This document shows positions 19,634-28,900 of a stretch of DNA of 64,000 bases, one piece after another. The DNA comes from Archaeoglobus sp. JdFR-27 (GTDB taxonomy: Archaea; Halobacteriota; Archaeoglobi; Archaeoglobales; Archaeoglobaceae). Each line of letters begins with the position of its first letter. The first letter of the stretch is position 1. The stretch spans positions 15,025-79,024 of the forward strand of contig MTMO01000044.1 in the NCBI GenBank assembly GCA_002011235.1. The letters run 5' to 3'. Below the pieces are notes generated by a model that saw nothing but the letters and a program-made list of their open reading frames with translations, did no database searches and was not told the DNA's origin. The translations under genes were made by a program, and so were the position numbers.

Positions 19634-20311
19634 TTAAGGCTCGATTCCGGCATAAGTTATCCTGAACCTACAACTTTCCCCCTCTGCTCTTGCCCTGTGC
19701 TTCACGAGGTAAGCCACCCTTTCTCCATCTGCCCTTTCAAGCCCGATAATTGTTTTTGAGAGATGATCAAGAGTAGGGCCGCCCAGAGGCTTGTCTTTAC
19801 CATCTTTTATATCTGTGAACATCTGATTTGTAACAACAACGGCAAGCTTGTGTTTCCTCGCTAGACCAAGAAGAAAGGTCACTTGGGATGTGAGTTCTCT
19901 TTTCATCTTCAGCTGTTTTTCGACATCTTCGAGTTCGCTTCTATATAGAGCGGTGATGGAATCAACGATTATCAGATCTATCTTTTCAGTTCTGCAAACT
20001 CTTGCCACCTCTTTAATCGTTGAACTCTGCTGTCTGAAATCTACAACCTCGTAAAGAAGGACGTTATGAAGTGCTTTTCTATCTTTGAATATTTGCCTCA
20101 CCCTTTCGTATGACAACCCTTCCGTATCGACATAAATAACCTTTTTTCCAGAGGAGGCTGTTTTGTATGCGAGCATCAAACAGATGGATGTTTTGCCCGT
20201 TGCAGAAGAGCCATAAATCTGAGTTATTGTCTCCCTCTCAATTCCTCCCCCAAGTAATGAATCTATGCATTTACTTCCTGTTGGGAGTAAATCAAGAGTT
20301 TCTTTTACCAA
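19634..20311 (-). CDS. radB: DNA repair and recombination protein RadB
   Basis: RecA fold without N-terminal domain, 'GSSATGKT', 'IIVDS', 'VTNQ', RadB-specific 'KHR'. Confidence 0.93.
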   Translation of the reverse strand: MVKETLDLLPTGSKCIDSLLGGGIERETITQIYGSSATGKTSICLMLAYKTASSGKKVIYVDTEGLSYERVRQIFKDRKALHNVLLYEVVDFRQQSSTIKEVARVCRTEKIDLIIVDSITALYRSELEDVEKQLKMKRELTSQVTFLLGLARKHKLAVVVTNQMFTDIKDGKDKPLGGPTLDHLSKTIIGLERADGERVAYLVKHRARAEGESCRFRITYAGIEP

Positions 20312-20372
20312 ACCAATTCCTCCTTTGATTTTTGGTTTGGGTTAGGGCTGTACGTTTCATCTTATATTCCTT

Positions 20373-21545
20373 TTATATTCTTTTGTTGATCTCCCTGTAA
20401 GCCTCAAGAAGTGTTAATCCGAGTTCATCCGCCACCTTCTTAACATCTTCAAACTCCGGCTTTATTATCTTTCTTCCAGGATATGACCTCTTGACCCTTA
20501 TATTGAACTTTTTTCCTCCTATCGAGACTTCAACGTTTTCCTCCTCTCTAAAAGAGTAAACTCGGTGATGGACAGGAATAACCCTTGTGCCTATTGAACC
20601 TGTCTCTTCCATGATTGCTCTTGAAACGTCTTCAACCTCATCAAGCTTGCAGATAACCTTTAACAAGTATCCTGGCCTGTTTTTCTTTCCGAAGTAAGGA
20701 ATGGCAACAACATCAAGGCTTTTTTTCATTAGGGAGTTTATTGCGTTACCGATTATCTCTCCACTAGCGTCATCAATGTTTGTTTCAATAATACCTATTC
20801 TGTCGGAAAACTCCGATGTTCCAAGAATGAGTCTAAGAACATTGGGTTTTTTGGTCTCCCTGTGTCCCGCACCGTAGCTAATCTCCTCAACCCTGAAGGT
20901 ATATTTAAATGTACCTTCTGAGAAGTGGGTAAGGATTGCTGCTGCAGTTGGAGTTAAAAGCTCGCCATCTTCCTTATCACCAAAGAAAACCTCCACTTTT
21001 GAGTTTTTCAGAATTTCCATGACCGCAGGAGGAGGAACTGCATATGTACCATGGGGTGTATCGACTTCTCCCCCACCCAGATTGATTGGGGTTGAGAAAA
21101 TCCTGTACCCACTCTTTATTAACCTGTTAAAAGCAAGAGAAGAAGCAACTACATCGAAAATTGCGTCATCACTTCCAACTTCGTGGAAAACTATGCTTTC
21201 AACCTTTTTACTATGGATCTTGGCTTCAGCTTTAGCTATTCTTTCGAAAATTTTAGATACCACTCCGGAGACCTCTGCAAGCTCTCCCTTAAGCTTCAGT
21301 TTTATCAATTCTAATATATCATCTAAACTTCTTTCGACTTTCTTTTCCCTAATAACGATTTTTTTGGCTTTTATACCTTTTTTTTCCACTTCCTCGATTT
21401 TAAAATCAAGATTGAGACCTAAAACATCCTTTATTTTCTCTAAATCTTCCTCCTTGAGAGCAACATCTATCATTGAGGATACAATCATATCTCCAGAGGC
21501 TCCATTTGAACCATCAATTATCGCTACTCTCATACTTTCCCCCAA
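20373..21545 (-). CDS. larC: Nickel-pincer cofactor biosynthesis protein LarC (nickel insertase) family
   Basis: 'GASGDM', 'FHEVG.DDAIFD', 'HG...VPPPA', 'GELLTPT', 'IETNIDD.SGE', 'KPEFED'. Confidence 0.9.
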   Translation of the reverse strand: MGESMRVAIIDGSNGASGDMIVSSMIDVALKEEDLEKIKDVLGLNLDFKIEEVEKKGIKAKKIVIREKKVERSLDDILELIKLKLKGELAEVSGVVSKIFERIAKAEAKIHSKKVESIVFHEVGSDDAIFDVVASSLAFNRLIKSGYRIFSTPINLGGGEVDTPHGTYAVPPPAVMEILKNSKVEVFFGDKEDGELLTPTAAAILTHFSEGTFKYTFRVEEISYGAGHRETKKPNVLRLILGTSEFSDRIGIIETNIDDASGEIIGNAINSLMKKSLDVVAIPYFGKKNRPGYLLKVICKLDEVEDVSRAIMEETGSIGTRVIPVHHRVYSFREEENVEVSIGGKKFNIRVKRSYPGRKIIKPEFEDVKKVADELGLTLLEAYREINKRI

Positions 21546-21726
21546 ATTTTTGGTTACTTTTTTCTGGTTATCCTCTCACTAACCACAAGTCTTTTTTATA
21601 CGGATTTATTTAACTTGTTATGGAAGGAAAAATATAATCAACAGTTTGGTTAGAAAACAAGTTGAACTTCAAAAAGAGGTTGGATGATGTTGTATGATCC
21701 GAGACAAGAATGCGAAGGGTGAAAGG

Positions 21727-24159
21727 ATGAAACTAAATCTTAAGGTAAATCAGGCGTATCCCAGTGACTCAGGCAGGGGTATCGCCAGACTCGATCCGGA
21801 TTCAATGCTCAAGCTCCAGATCTCCCCGGGAGATATTATTGAAATTACGGGAAGAAGAACGACAGTTGCAAAGGTCTGGAGAGCCCCGAAAAGGGATTGG
21901 GGCAAGGGGATAATAAGAGTTGACAGATTTATCAGAGAGAATTCTGGTGTGAGCGTTGGAGATAGCGTTGAAGTTAGAAAAACTGATTACTCTCCTGCAA
22001 AGCTTGTAATTCTTGCTCCGCTGAGAAAGATCGAATTCAGGGTTTACGGAATGGATATTGGAGATTATCTGAAGCACCAGCTCCTGAAAAGGCCTTTAAT
22101 GGAAGGAGATATCGTTCCATTGGTTGGCGCTCCAGCTTTAACTGGCTTTGGTAAGTATGGTGCTCAGAATCAGGGAGCATTGCTCTTTGTTGCCGTGAAA
22201 ACCGAGCCGAAGGAAGCAGTAATCATAGATGAGTCAACTAAGGTTGTTTACAGAGAGAGACCAGCCAAAGGATTTGAGAGAATTGGAAGGGCTGGGGTAA
22301 CGTATGAAGATATTGGCGGATTGAAAGAAGAGCTGCAGAAGGTAAGAGAGGTCATCGAGTTACCGCTGAGGTATCCGGAGATATTTCAGAGGCTTGGCAT
22401 AGATCCGCCTAAAGGGGTCCTTCTCCATGGCCCACCAGGTACAGGAAAAACTCTAATAGCGAAAGCAGTTGCAAATGAGATTGGAGCTTCTTTCTACACC
22501 ATCAATGGTCCTGAGATAATGAGCAAGTTCTATGGGGAATCAGAACAGAGGCTTAGGGAGATTTTCGAGGAGGCGAAGGAGAATTCTCCGTCGATAATAT
22601 TCATCGACGAAATCGACGCGATAGCTCCTAGAAGAGATGAAGTCACAGGAGAGGTTGAAAGGAGGGTTGTTGCTCAGCTACTGACATTGATGGATGGGCT
22701 TGAAGAGAGAGGGCAAGTAATAGTCATAGCTGCAACAAACAGAGTTGAAGCGGTGGATCCTGCTTTGAGAAGACCGGGCAGATTTGACAGAGAGATTGAG
22801 ATCGGTGTTCCCGATAGAGAGGGAAGATACGAAATCCTTCAAATTCATACTAGAAATATGCCCCTTGAGCCTGAATACGATCTAGATCTCGTCATTGACT
22901 CGATTAAGTACCTTATGAAAACATATAGACAGGATGGAGAGGATGATCTGGTAAAGGAGCTAGAATTTGTGATGGATGAGGTAAAGAGAAAGGAAAGCAA
23001 AGAAGAGATTAGAGAACTCATCTACAGTGTGCTTGATGATGGTGTTATTGCCGATTTAGAAAGGGAGATAACAAAGAACATGCTAAGGCTTCTCGCAGAC
23101 CAAACTCATGGTTTTGTTGGAGCAGATATCGAGGCTCTCTCTAAGGAGGCTGCAATGAAGGCCCTTCGCAGGTATTTGCCTAAAATAGATCTCAATAGCG
23201 ACGAAATACCAGCTGAAATTCTTGACTCTATCAGGATAAAAATGGATGATTTCAAGGAAGCATTGAAGGGTATCGATCCTTCGGCTCTCAGAGAGGTACT
23301 TGTGGAGATTCCAAAGGTAAATTGGGAAGATGTTGGCGGACTGGATGATGTTAAAAATGAAATTGTCGAGGCGGTTGAATGGCCTATTAAATATCCTGAA
23401 AAGTTCAAGAAATTTGCCATAAAACCGCCCAAAGGCATTTTACTCTATGGTCCACCTGGGACGGGTAAGACCTTGATTGCAAAGGCTGTTGCCCATGAAA
23501 CTCAAGCTAATTTTATAACTGTTAAAGGAAGTGAGCTTCTGAGCAAGTGGCTTGGCGAGAGTGAGAAAGCTGTAAGGAAGATCTTCAGGAAAGCGAGACA
23601 GGTTGCTCCGTGTATTGTCTTTTTCGATGAAATCGATGCAATAGCTCAGATGAGAGGTATAGATGAGGGAAGCAGAGCTGTGGAGAGGGTTGTAAACCAG
23701 ATCCTTACTGAGATGGATGGTCTGGAGGAGCTTGAGGGAGTCATAGTAATAGGTGCAACCAACCGTCCTGATATCCTCGATCCTGCTTTGCTAAGACCTG
23801 GGAGATTCGACAGACTTGTCTACGTGAAGCCACCTGACAGGAAAAGCAGACTTGCCATATTCAGAATCCACACAAAAGGTATGCCTTTAAGCCCGGATGT
23901 TGATTTAGAAGAGTTAGCAGATCTCACCGAGGGCTACGTCGGAGCGGACATTGAGGCTGTATGTAGAGAGGCTGTTATGCTTGCATTGAGAGAGGACATG
24001 GAGGCAGAGAGGGTTGAGATGAGACATTTCCTCGAGTCTCTAAAGAAGATTAAGCCAAGTATTTCAGAGGCAATGCTTGGATTCTACGAGAGGTTTGAGG
24101 AGAAGGCAAGACAGGAAAGGACAAAGGTTGCGGCAAAGACTTATCTTGGGTATGGGTAA
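21727..24159 (+). CDS. cdc48: CDC48/VCP family AAA+ ATPase with an insertion of about 67 aa in the D1 lid
   Basis: N-domain, two AAA modules ('GPPGTGKT' x2, 'FIDEID'/'FFDEID', 'RPGRFD' x2), C-terminal HbYX-like 'GYG'; start set to ATG 21727. Confidence 0.96.
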   Translation: MKLNLKVNQAYPSDSGRGIARLDPDSMLKLQISPGDIIEITGRRTTVAKVWRAPKRDWGKGIIRVDRFIRENSGVSVGDSVEVRKTDYSPAKLVILAPLRKIEFRVYGMDIGDYLKHQLLKRPLMEGDIVPLVGAPALTGFGKYGAQNQGALLFVAVKTEPKEAVIIDESTKVVYRERPAKGFERIGRAGVTYEDIGGLKEELQKVREVIELPLRYPEIFQRLGIDPPKGVLLHGPPGTGKTLIAKAVANEIGASFYTINGPEIMSKFYGESEQRLREIFEEAKENSPSIIFIDEIDAIAPRRDEVTGEVERRVVAQLLTLMDGLEERGQVIVIAATNRVEAVDPALRRPGRFDREIEIGVPDREGRYEILQIHTRNMPLEPEYDLDLVIDSIKYLMKTYRQDGEDDLVKELEFVMDEVKRKESKEEIRELIYSVLDDGVIADLEREITKNMLRLLADQTHGFVGADIEALSKEAAMKALRRYLPKIDLNSDEIPAEILDSIRIKMDDFKEALKGIDPSALREVLVEIPKVNWEDVGGLDDVKNEIVEAVEWPIKYPEKFKKFAIKPPKGILLYGPPGTGKTLIAKAVAHETQANFITVKGSELLSKWLGESEKAVRKIFRKARQVAPCIVFFDEIDAIAQMRGIDEGSRAVERVVNQILTEMDGLEELEGVIVIGATNRPDILDPALLRPGRFDRLVYVKPPDRKSRLAIFRIHTKGMPLSPDVDLEELADLTEGYVGADIEAVCREAVMLALREDMEAERVEMRHFLESLKKIKPSISEAMLGFYERFEEKARQERTKVAAKTYLGYG

Positions 24160-24251
24160 CCTTTATTTTTAAATTTTAGACACTTCAAGATCTTTCTTCA
24201 TACATTCTATACAATTATTTAGAGGTATTTATCATACTCTTCAGTTAAAAT

Positions 24252-24267
24252 AGGAAAAATTTATTAA
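24252..24267 (+). promoter_or_regulatory. BRE/TATA promoter for PRC-barrel gene (probably leaderless)
   Basis: AGGAAAAA-TTTATTAA about 23 nt upstream of ATG 24290. Confidence 0.5.
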
Positions 24268-24289
24268 TGGGTAGAAATAAGGTTTTCCA

Positions 24290-24538
24290 ATGGTGTTCGC
24301 AAAGTCTCTCGCAAAGAAGATGGTGTTACTCTCCGATGGCACCGTAGTAGGGACACTGTACAACATTACAGTCGATCTTAAAACGGGTTCGATTCTTGAG
24401 CTAATTATAAAACCTGCTCAAAATCCTGTTCCGGAGCTTGAAAAACACAACAATCTGTATATCGTACCTTTTGAAAGTGTAAAGTCGATTAGCGACTATA
24501 TTGTTCTTGACAAGAGAAAAATCCTAAGAAAGTCTTAA
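24290..24538 (+). CDS. PRC-barrel protein, CdpB-like (FtsZ/SepF-associated cell division factor)
   Basis: 'SDGTVVGTLYNITVDLKTG' and 'VPFESVKSISDYIV' match my recollection of euryarchaeal CdpB1-type PRC barrels. Confidence 0.75.
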   Translation: MVFAKSLAKKMVLLSDGTVVGTLYNITVDLKTGSILELIIKPAQNPVPELEKHNNLYIVPFESVKSISDYIVLDKRKILRKS

Positions 24539-24555
24539 CCTAAACTCAAAGACCC

Positions 24556-25242
24556 ATGAGAGAGTACGTTTTCCCACCACTTCTTTTACCCTTCTTTCTC
24601 ATTCTAGTTCTTCTTCCGTTCTTTTTTCTGATATTTTTCTTTGCAACTTCTCAGGTATTCCAAATCGTGTTTGATCTGGATAGAAGCCAAGCGATGGCGG
24701 TCTTCTTCCTTATAATCGTTGGTAGCCTTATAAACATTCCAATCTTGGAGAGGGAGGGAAAAGATGTTGTAAGAGAGTACAATTTTTTTGGGATTATCTA
24801 TCAGATAAGGCAAAGACAGAGAATAACTCTGGCTGTTAATCTAGGGGGCTGTGTTTTTCCCTCAATTTTGGCATTTAAACTGCTCACAGAACTTCCACTT
24901 GTCCCTTGGCTCATCACTTTTGCATTTACTTCTGCGATAATCTACCACTACGCAAAACCAGTTAGTGGGGTGGGCATAGCGGTTCCAATGATCTTACCAC
25001 CTCTCATGTCCGTGTTCATAAGCCTGTCAATACTTTCGATTTTCAACTACCCTATAATCCTCCTTCCAAAGTTTGCATTTTCGACTGGAGTGCTCTCAGC
25101 CCTTTTCGGAGCTGACATACTTCATCTTAAGGATATAGAGAAGATCGGAAGCGGAGTTGTGAGTATTGGAGGTGCAGGAACATTTGATGGGATTTTTCTT
25201 ACCGGAGTTTTTGCCGTCATTTTCTCGATGCTTATCCTTTAG
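24556..25242 (+). CDS. DUF1614 family membrane protein
   Basis: 'GSLINIP', 'AVNLGGCVFP', 'GVGIAVP', 'GADILHL', 'SIGGAGTFDGIFLTG'. Confidence 0.88.
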   Translation: MREYVFPPLLLPFFLILVLLPFFFLIFFFATSQVFQIVFDLDRSQAMAVFFLIIVGSLINIPILEREGKDVVREYNFFGIIYQIRQRQRITLAVNLGGCVFPSILAFKLLTELPLVPWLITFAFTSAIIYHYAKPVSGVGIAVPMILPPLMSVFISLSILSIFNYPIILLPKFAFSTGVLSALFGADILHLKDIEKIGSGVVSIGGAGTFDGIFLTGVFAVIFSMLIL

Positions 25243-25289
25243 ATGACCAAGATGGGAACCTATTTAATTCCTAAATTTAGCTTGGTAGT

Positions 25290-27176
25290 ATGAAACTTTT
25301 TGAACCAATCGAGATTGAAGGAATGCGGATAAAGAACAGAATCGTGATGCCGGCTGTAGGCACAAATTTCTGGTCGATCGATGGAGCTGTTACAGACAAG
25401 CTTTTAGATTTTTACGAGGAAAGGGCAAAAAATGGAGTAGGATATGTTGTTGTTGGCGTTGCAAAAATAGAGCCTCAATTTTTTGGTGGGTTAGCGGTTC
25501 ATGATGATAGCTACATTCCTGGCTTAAAAAAGCTTGCAGAGATTTTTCATAGGTATGATGTTAAGTGTGCCGTTCAGCTCTGGCATCCTGGAAGATATGA
25601 GATCTCTTTGATGGATAGTGAGCCCGTTTCAGCTTCAGGCATCCCTCCACCGATTTTCACTAAAAGAAAGCCTAAAGCCCTATCCATTGAGGAGATACAC
25701 AAAATTCAGGATGAGTTTGTTGAAGCTGCTTTGAGAGCCAAAAAAGCAGGTTTTGATGCTGTTGAACTTATATGTTCTGCTGGTTACTTGATCAGTCAGT
25801 TCTTCAGCCCTGCAACGAACAAGAGGAAGGATGAGTATGGAGGAAGTCTCGAAAACAGAGCAAGATTTGCAACTGAGATAATTGAAAAGATAAAGGAGAA
25901 TGTCAATGTCCCCGTTGGATGCAGGATTTCAGGTGAGGAGTTCGTCGAAGGCGGAAACACTCTCGAAGATATGAAAAAGATAGCCAAGCTTCTTGAGGAG
26001 GCTGGAGCAGCATACTTCAACGTTACAGCCGGCTGGCATGAATCAAGGAAACCGTTAATAACGATGTTCGTGCCTAGAGCAGCTTTCGTTTATCTTGCTG
26101 AGGGAATAAAGAGCGTCGTTGAGGTTCCTGTTATTGCTTCAAACAGGATAAACACTCCAGAAATTGCTGAGAAGATTTTGCAGGAAGGAAAGGCAGATAT
26201 GGTTTCGATGATGAGGGCTTTGCTTGCCGATCCCGAACTGCCTAAAAAAGCAATGGAGGGCAGAAATGATGAGATTAGAGTTTGCATAGCATGCAATCAG
26301 GGATGTATGGACTATGCCTTTCAAGGAAGGCCGATAACCTGCCTTGTGAATCCAGTTGTGGGTAGAGAAGCTGAATTCAGGGATTTGAAAGCTGAGAGAA
26401 ATAAGAAGGTTGTTGTGGTTGGAGGAGGGCCTGCTGGCTGTAAAGCAGCTGAGATGCTTGCAGAGAAAGGGCATGAAGTCATCTTATTTGAGAAAGATGG
26501 AAGGCTTGGTGGACAATTACTTCTTGCCTCGAAAGCACCCTATGCTGCTGAATTTGGTACGATTCCGGAGTACTTTGAGAGAGTATTGCCGAAAAAGGGT
26601 GTTGAAATTAGATTGAATTCAAAAGTCTCTGTAGAGGAAATTCTTAGCTTAGATCCGGATGTAGTTGTTTTGGCTTTGGGAGCTTCGCCCATAATCCCTG
26701 AGATTCCGGGAGTTGAGAAAGCTCTGACAGCATTTGACGTTCTCGCCGGCAAGAAAACTGGGGATAGGGTTGTGGTTATTGGTGGAGGCGGTATTGGATG
26801 CTCAACAGCGGCAAAGCTTGCGGTTGAGGGTAAAAACGTTACAATCGTGGAGATGCTCAAAAGAATAGGCTCGGATATTGGTATCTCGACCAGATGGAAT
26901 GTTTTGCTCTTCCTGAGCGAGAAAGGTGTTAGAATGCTTACTGAAACGAAGGCGGTTGAAATAAAAGATGGGGGAGTTGTGGTTGAAGTGAACGGGGAGA
27001 GAAAGACTCTGGGATGCGATACAGCTGTGATTTCCGTGGGAACTAAACCCAATGACGGGCTTTATGAAGAATTAAAAGGAAAAATCAAAGAAATCTATCT
27101 GATTGGGGACTGTAAATCTCCTGCAAAAGCACTAGAAGCGATAAAGGATGCAGCTGAGCTTGCTTTGAAAGTTTAG
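25290..27176 (+). CDS. NADH:flavin oxidoreductase, FadH-like 2,4-dienoyl-CoA reductase (FMN, FAD, 4Fe-4S)
   Basis: OYE TIM barrel ('GYLISQF', 'GWHE'), 'CIACNQGC..C', 'GGGPAG', 'GGGGIG'. Confidence 0.88.
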   Translation: MKLFEPIEIEGMRIKNRIVMPAVGTNFWSIDGAVTDKLLDFYEERAKNGVGYVVVGVAKIEPQFFGGLAVHDDSYIPGLKKLAEIFHRYDVKCAVQLWHPGRYEISLMDSEPVSASGIPPPIFTKRKPKALSIEEIHKIQDEFVEAALRAKKAGFDAVELICSAGYLISQFFSPATNKRKDEYGGSLENRARFATEIIEKIKENVNVPVGCRISGEEFVEGGNTLEDMKKIAKLLEEAGAAYFNVTAGWHESRKPLITMFVPRAAFVYLAEGIKSVVEVPVIASNRINTPEIAEKILQEGKADMVSMMRALLADPELPKKAMEGRNDEIRVCIACNQGCMDYAFQGRPITCLVNPVVGREAEFRDLKAERNKKVVVVGGGPAGCKAAEMLAEKGHEVILFEKDGRLGGQLLLASKAPYAAEFGTIPEYFERVLPKKGVEIRLNSKVSVEEILSLDPDVVVLALGASPIIPEIPGVEKALTAFDVLAGKKTGDRVVVIGGGGIGCSTAAKLAVEGKNVTIVEMLKRIGSDIGISTRWNVLLFLSEKGVRMLTETKAVEIKDGGVVVEVNGERKTLGCDTAVISVGTKPNDGLYEELKGKIKEIYLIGDCKSPAKALEAIKDAAELALKV

Positions 27177-27217
27177 TAATCCGACTTTAAACTTGAATTT
27201 ATTAGATTATTGAAATT

Positions 27218-27769
27218 ATGCCCCACATTTTTAATCCAGATAAGGCAGAGATACTTGATTCGAAAGAAAGAGCTGAGATAGAGCCAGTTGATCCTGTCAT
27301 AGATAGAGTAGCTGAACTGGGGAAAAGGGAAATTGCGGTAGAGGTTGGAGCAGGAACGGGTTATTACACTATCCACCTATCTAAAATTTTTAAGAGGGTT
27401 TATGCAATTGATGTTAGCTTCAAAATGGCCCAGATTCTAAAGAAGAAACTTGAAAAACGAGGAATAATTAATGTCGGAATAATAGTGACGGATGAACCAC
27501 CAGCCTTAGATTTTCCCATAGACTTAATCCTTTTTGCAAATGTGCTTCACGAGATGGAAAGGCCAGAGACCTACCTTGGATGGGCAACAAAAGCAGAGCA
27601 CGTCCTTATCTTGGAATGGAAAAAGAAGGTCATGACATTTGGGCCTCCGGTTGAGGAAAGGATAAGTGAAGAAGAGATGGTCGAGATGCTTAGTGGATTT
27701 GAGATTGAGGAAATTGATACCGCAACTTTACCATTCCATTATTTGATTCTGGCAAGGCCGAAAAAATAA
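27218..27769 (+). CDS. Class I SAM-dependent methyltransferase
   Basis: 'EVGAGTGYY', 'AIDVS..M', 'NVLHE', 'GPPVEERIS'. Confidence 0.85.
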   Translation: MPHIFNPDKAEILDSKERAEIEPVDPVIDRVAELGKREIAVEVGAGTGYYTIHLSKIFKRVYAIDVSFKMAQILKKKLEKRGIINVGIIVTDEPPALDFPIDLILFANVLHEMERPETYLGWATKAEHVLILEWKKKVMTFGPPVEERISEEEMVEMLSGFEIEEIDTATLPFHYLILARPKK

Positions 27770-27774
27770 AATTG

Positions 27775-28056
27775 TTATCCACCTGCAATTGGTGGGAACA
27801 CCGCTATAAGATCTCCATCCTTTAACTTTGGTTCTTCTTTCATGTCTTTGAGATTCCTACCATTTACCGTGATCAGTCTGTCTTTTCTAAAATTTTTCCC
27901 GCCGGAATAGACATCTTCCAGAAATTCAGGGCCTAGAATTTTCGAGGCAGCTTCGAAAAAGGCATGGAGATCTCCGTTAAATTCAACTTCGACTCTCTTT
28001 TTTCCATACTTTTCCCTTAGCGTAGCAAAGAGCTCGAGAGTGCACTTCACATTCAA
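27775..28056 (-). CDS. MoaD/SAMP ubiquitin-like sulfur carrier
   Basis: 'LFATLRE', 'VNGRN', 'LKDGD.IAVFPPIAGG' with C-terminal GG. Confidence 0.9.
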   Translation of the reverse strand: MNVKCTLELFATLREKYGKKRVEVEFNGDLHAFFEAASKILGPEFLEDVYSGGKNFRKDRLITVNGRNLKDMKEEPKLKDGDLIAVFPPIAGG

Positions 28057-28122
28057 CTTTAGCCGTCAAAGAATTTAACCTTTGCCGAGAAGTTTATTTA
28101 GAGTTTTGATTTAACTCTAGTT

Positions 28123-28644
28123 ATGGAATGCCTTGATATGATCTTCACGAGAAGAAGTGTTAGGGGTTACTCCGAAAAGGAAGTTGAGGAAGAAAAGCTT
28201 GAAAAAATCTTGAAGGCAGCGATGCAAGCTCCATCAGCTGGAAACGAGCAACCTTGGCATTTTATTGTGATAAGAGACAGGGAAAGGTTAAAAGAACTCG
28301 CAAACATCCATCCTTATGGTAAGATGTTGTCCTCAGCTTCAGTAGCCATAGCGGTCTGTGCTGATTTAAATCTAACGAAGTACCACCACCCGATGTGGGT
28401 TCAGGATTGTTCTGCAGCGACACAAAATATTCTTATAGCTGCGAGGATGCTTGGAATAGGCTCTGTATGGCTCGGCGTTTACCCGAGGGAAGAAAGGATG
28501 AAGCCTCTAGCAAAGTTCCTTGAGGTTCCAGAGGATGTTGTGGTTTTCAGCCTCGTTTCGTTGGGTTATCCATCTTCAAGTGATGCCTTCTATGAAGCTC
28601 CCGACAGAGACAAACCTGAGAGAATTCACAAGGAGAAATGGTAG
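28123..28644 (+). CDS. Nitroreductase family protein
   Basis: 'RRSVR', 'APSAGNEQPWHF', 'QDCSAATQNILIAA..LGIGSVW'. Confidence 0.92.
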   Translation: MECLDMIFTRRSVRGYSEKEVEEEKLEKILKAAMQAPSAGNEQPWHFIVIRDRERLKELANIHPYGKMLSSASVAIAVCADLNLTKYHHPMWVQDCSAATQNILIAARMLGIGSVWLGVYPREERMKPLAKFLEVPEDVVVFSLVSLGYPSSSDAFYEAPDRDKPERIHKEKW

Positions 28645-28900
28645 AGTATGTGATTGGTTAGGTAGATGGAAATTAACCCCCTTTATTTTTTGGACGGAGA
28701 TCGTTAAATGGTTGTTAGGGAATTTGAAGTTTGATACTTGAAAATCTGATGCGATATTAGGTGATATAGGCGATATTAAATCCAAGATCTAAATACGATA
28801 TAAAGTCTATTAAATCCCATCACGCATAAAAGATTGAAAAAGAATGAAATAGATAAATAAGAACACGATTTTAAGATTTTATAGGTTTTACTTGATTTTA

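Noticed and set aside
22870-23085. Possible intein in CDC48
   Set aside because: No N-terminal Cys/Ser block, no His-Asn C-terminus followed by C/S/T, and no LAGLIDADG motif
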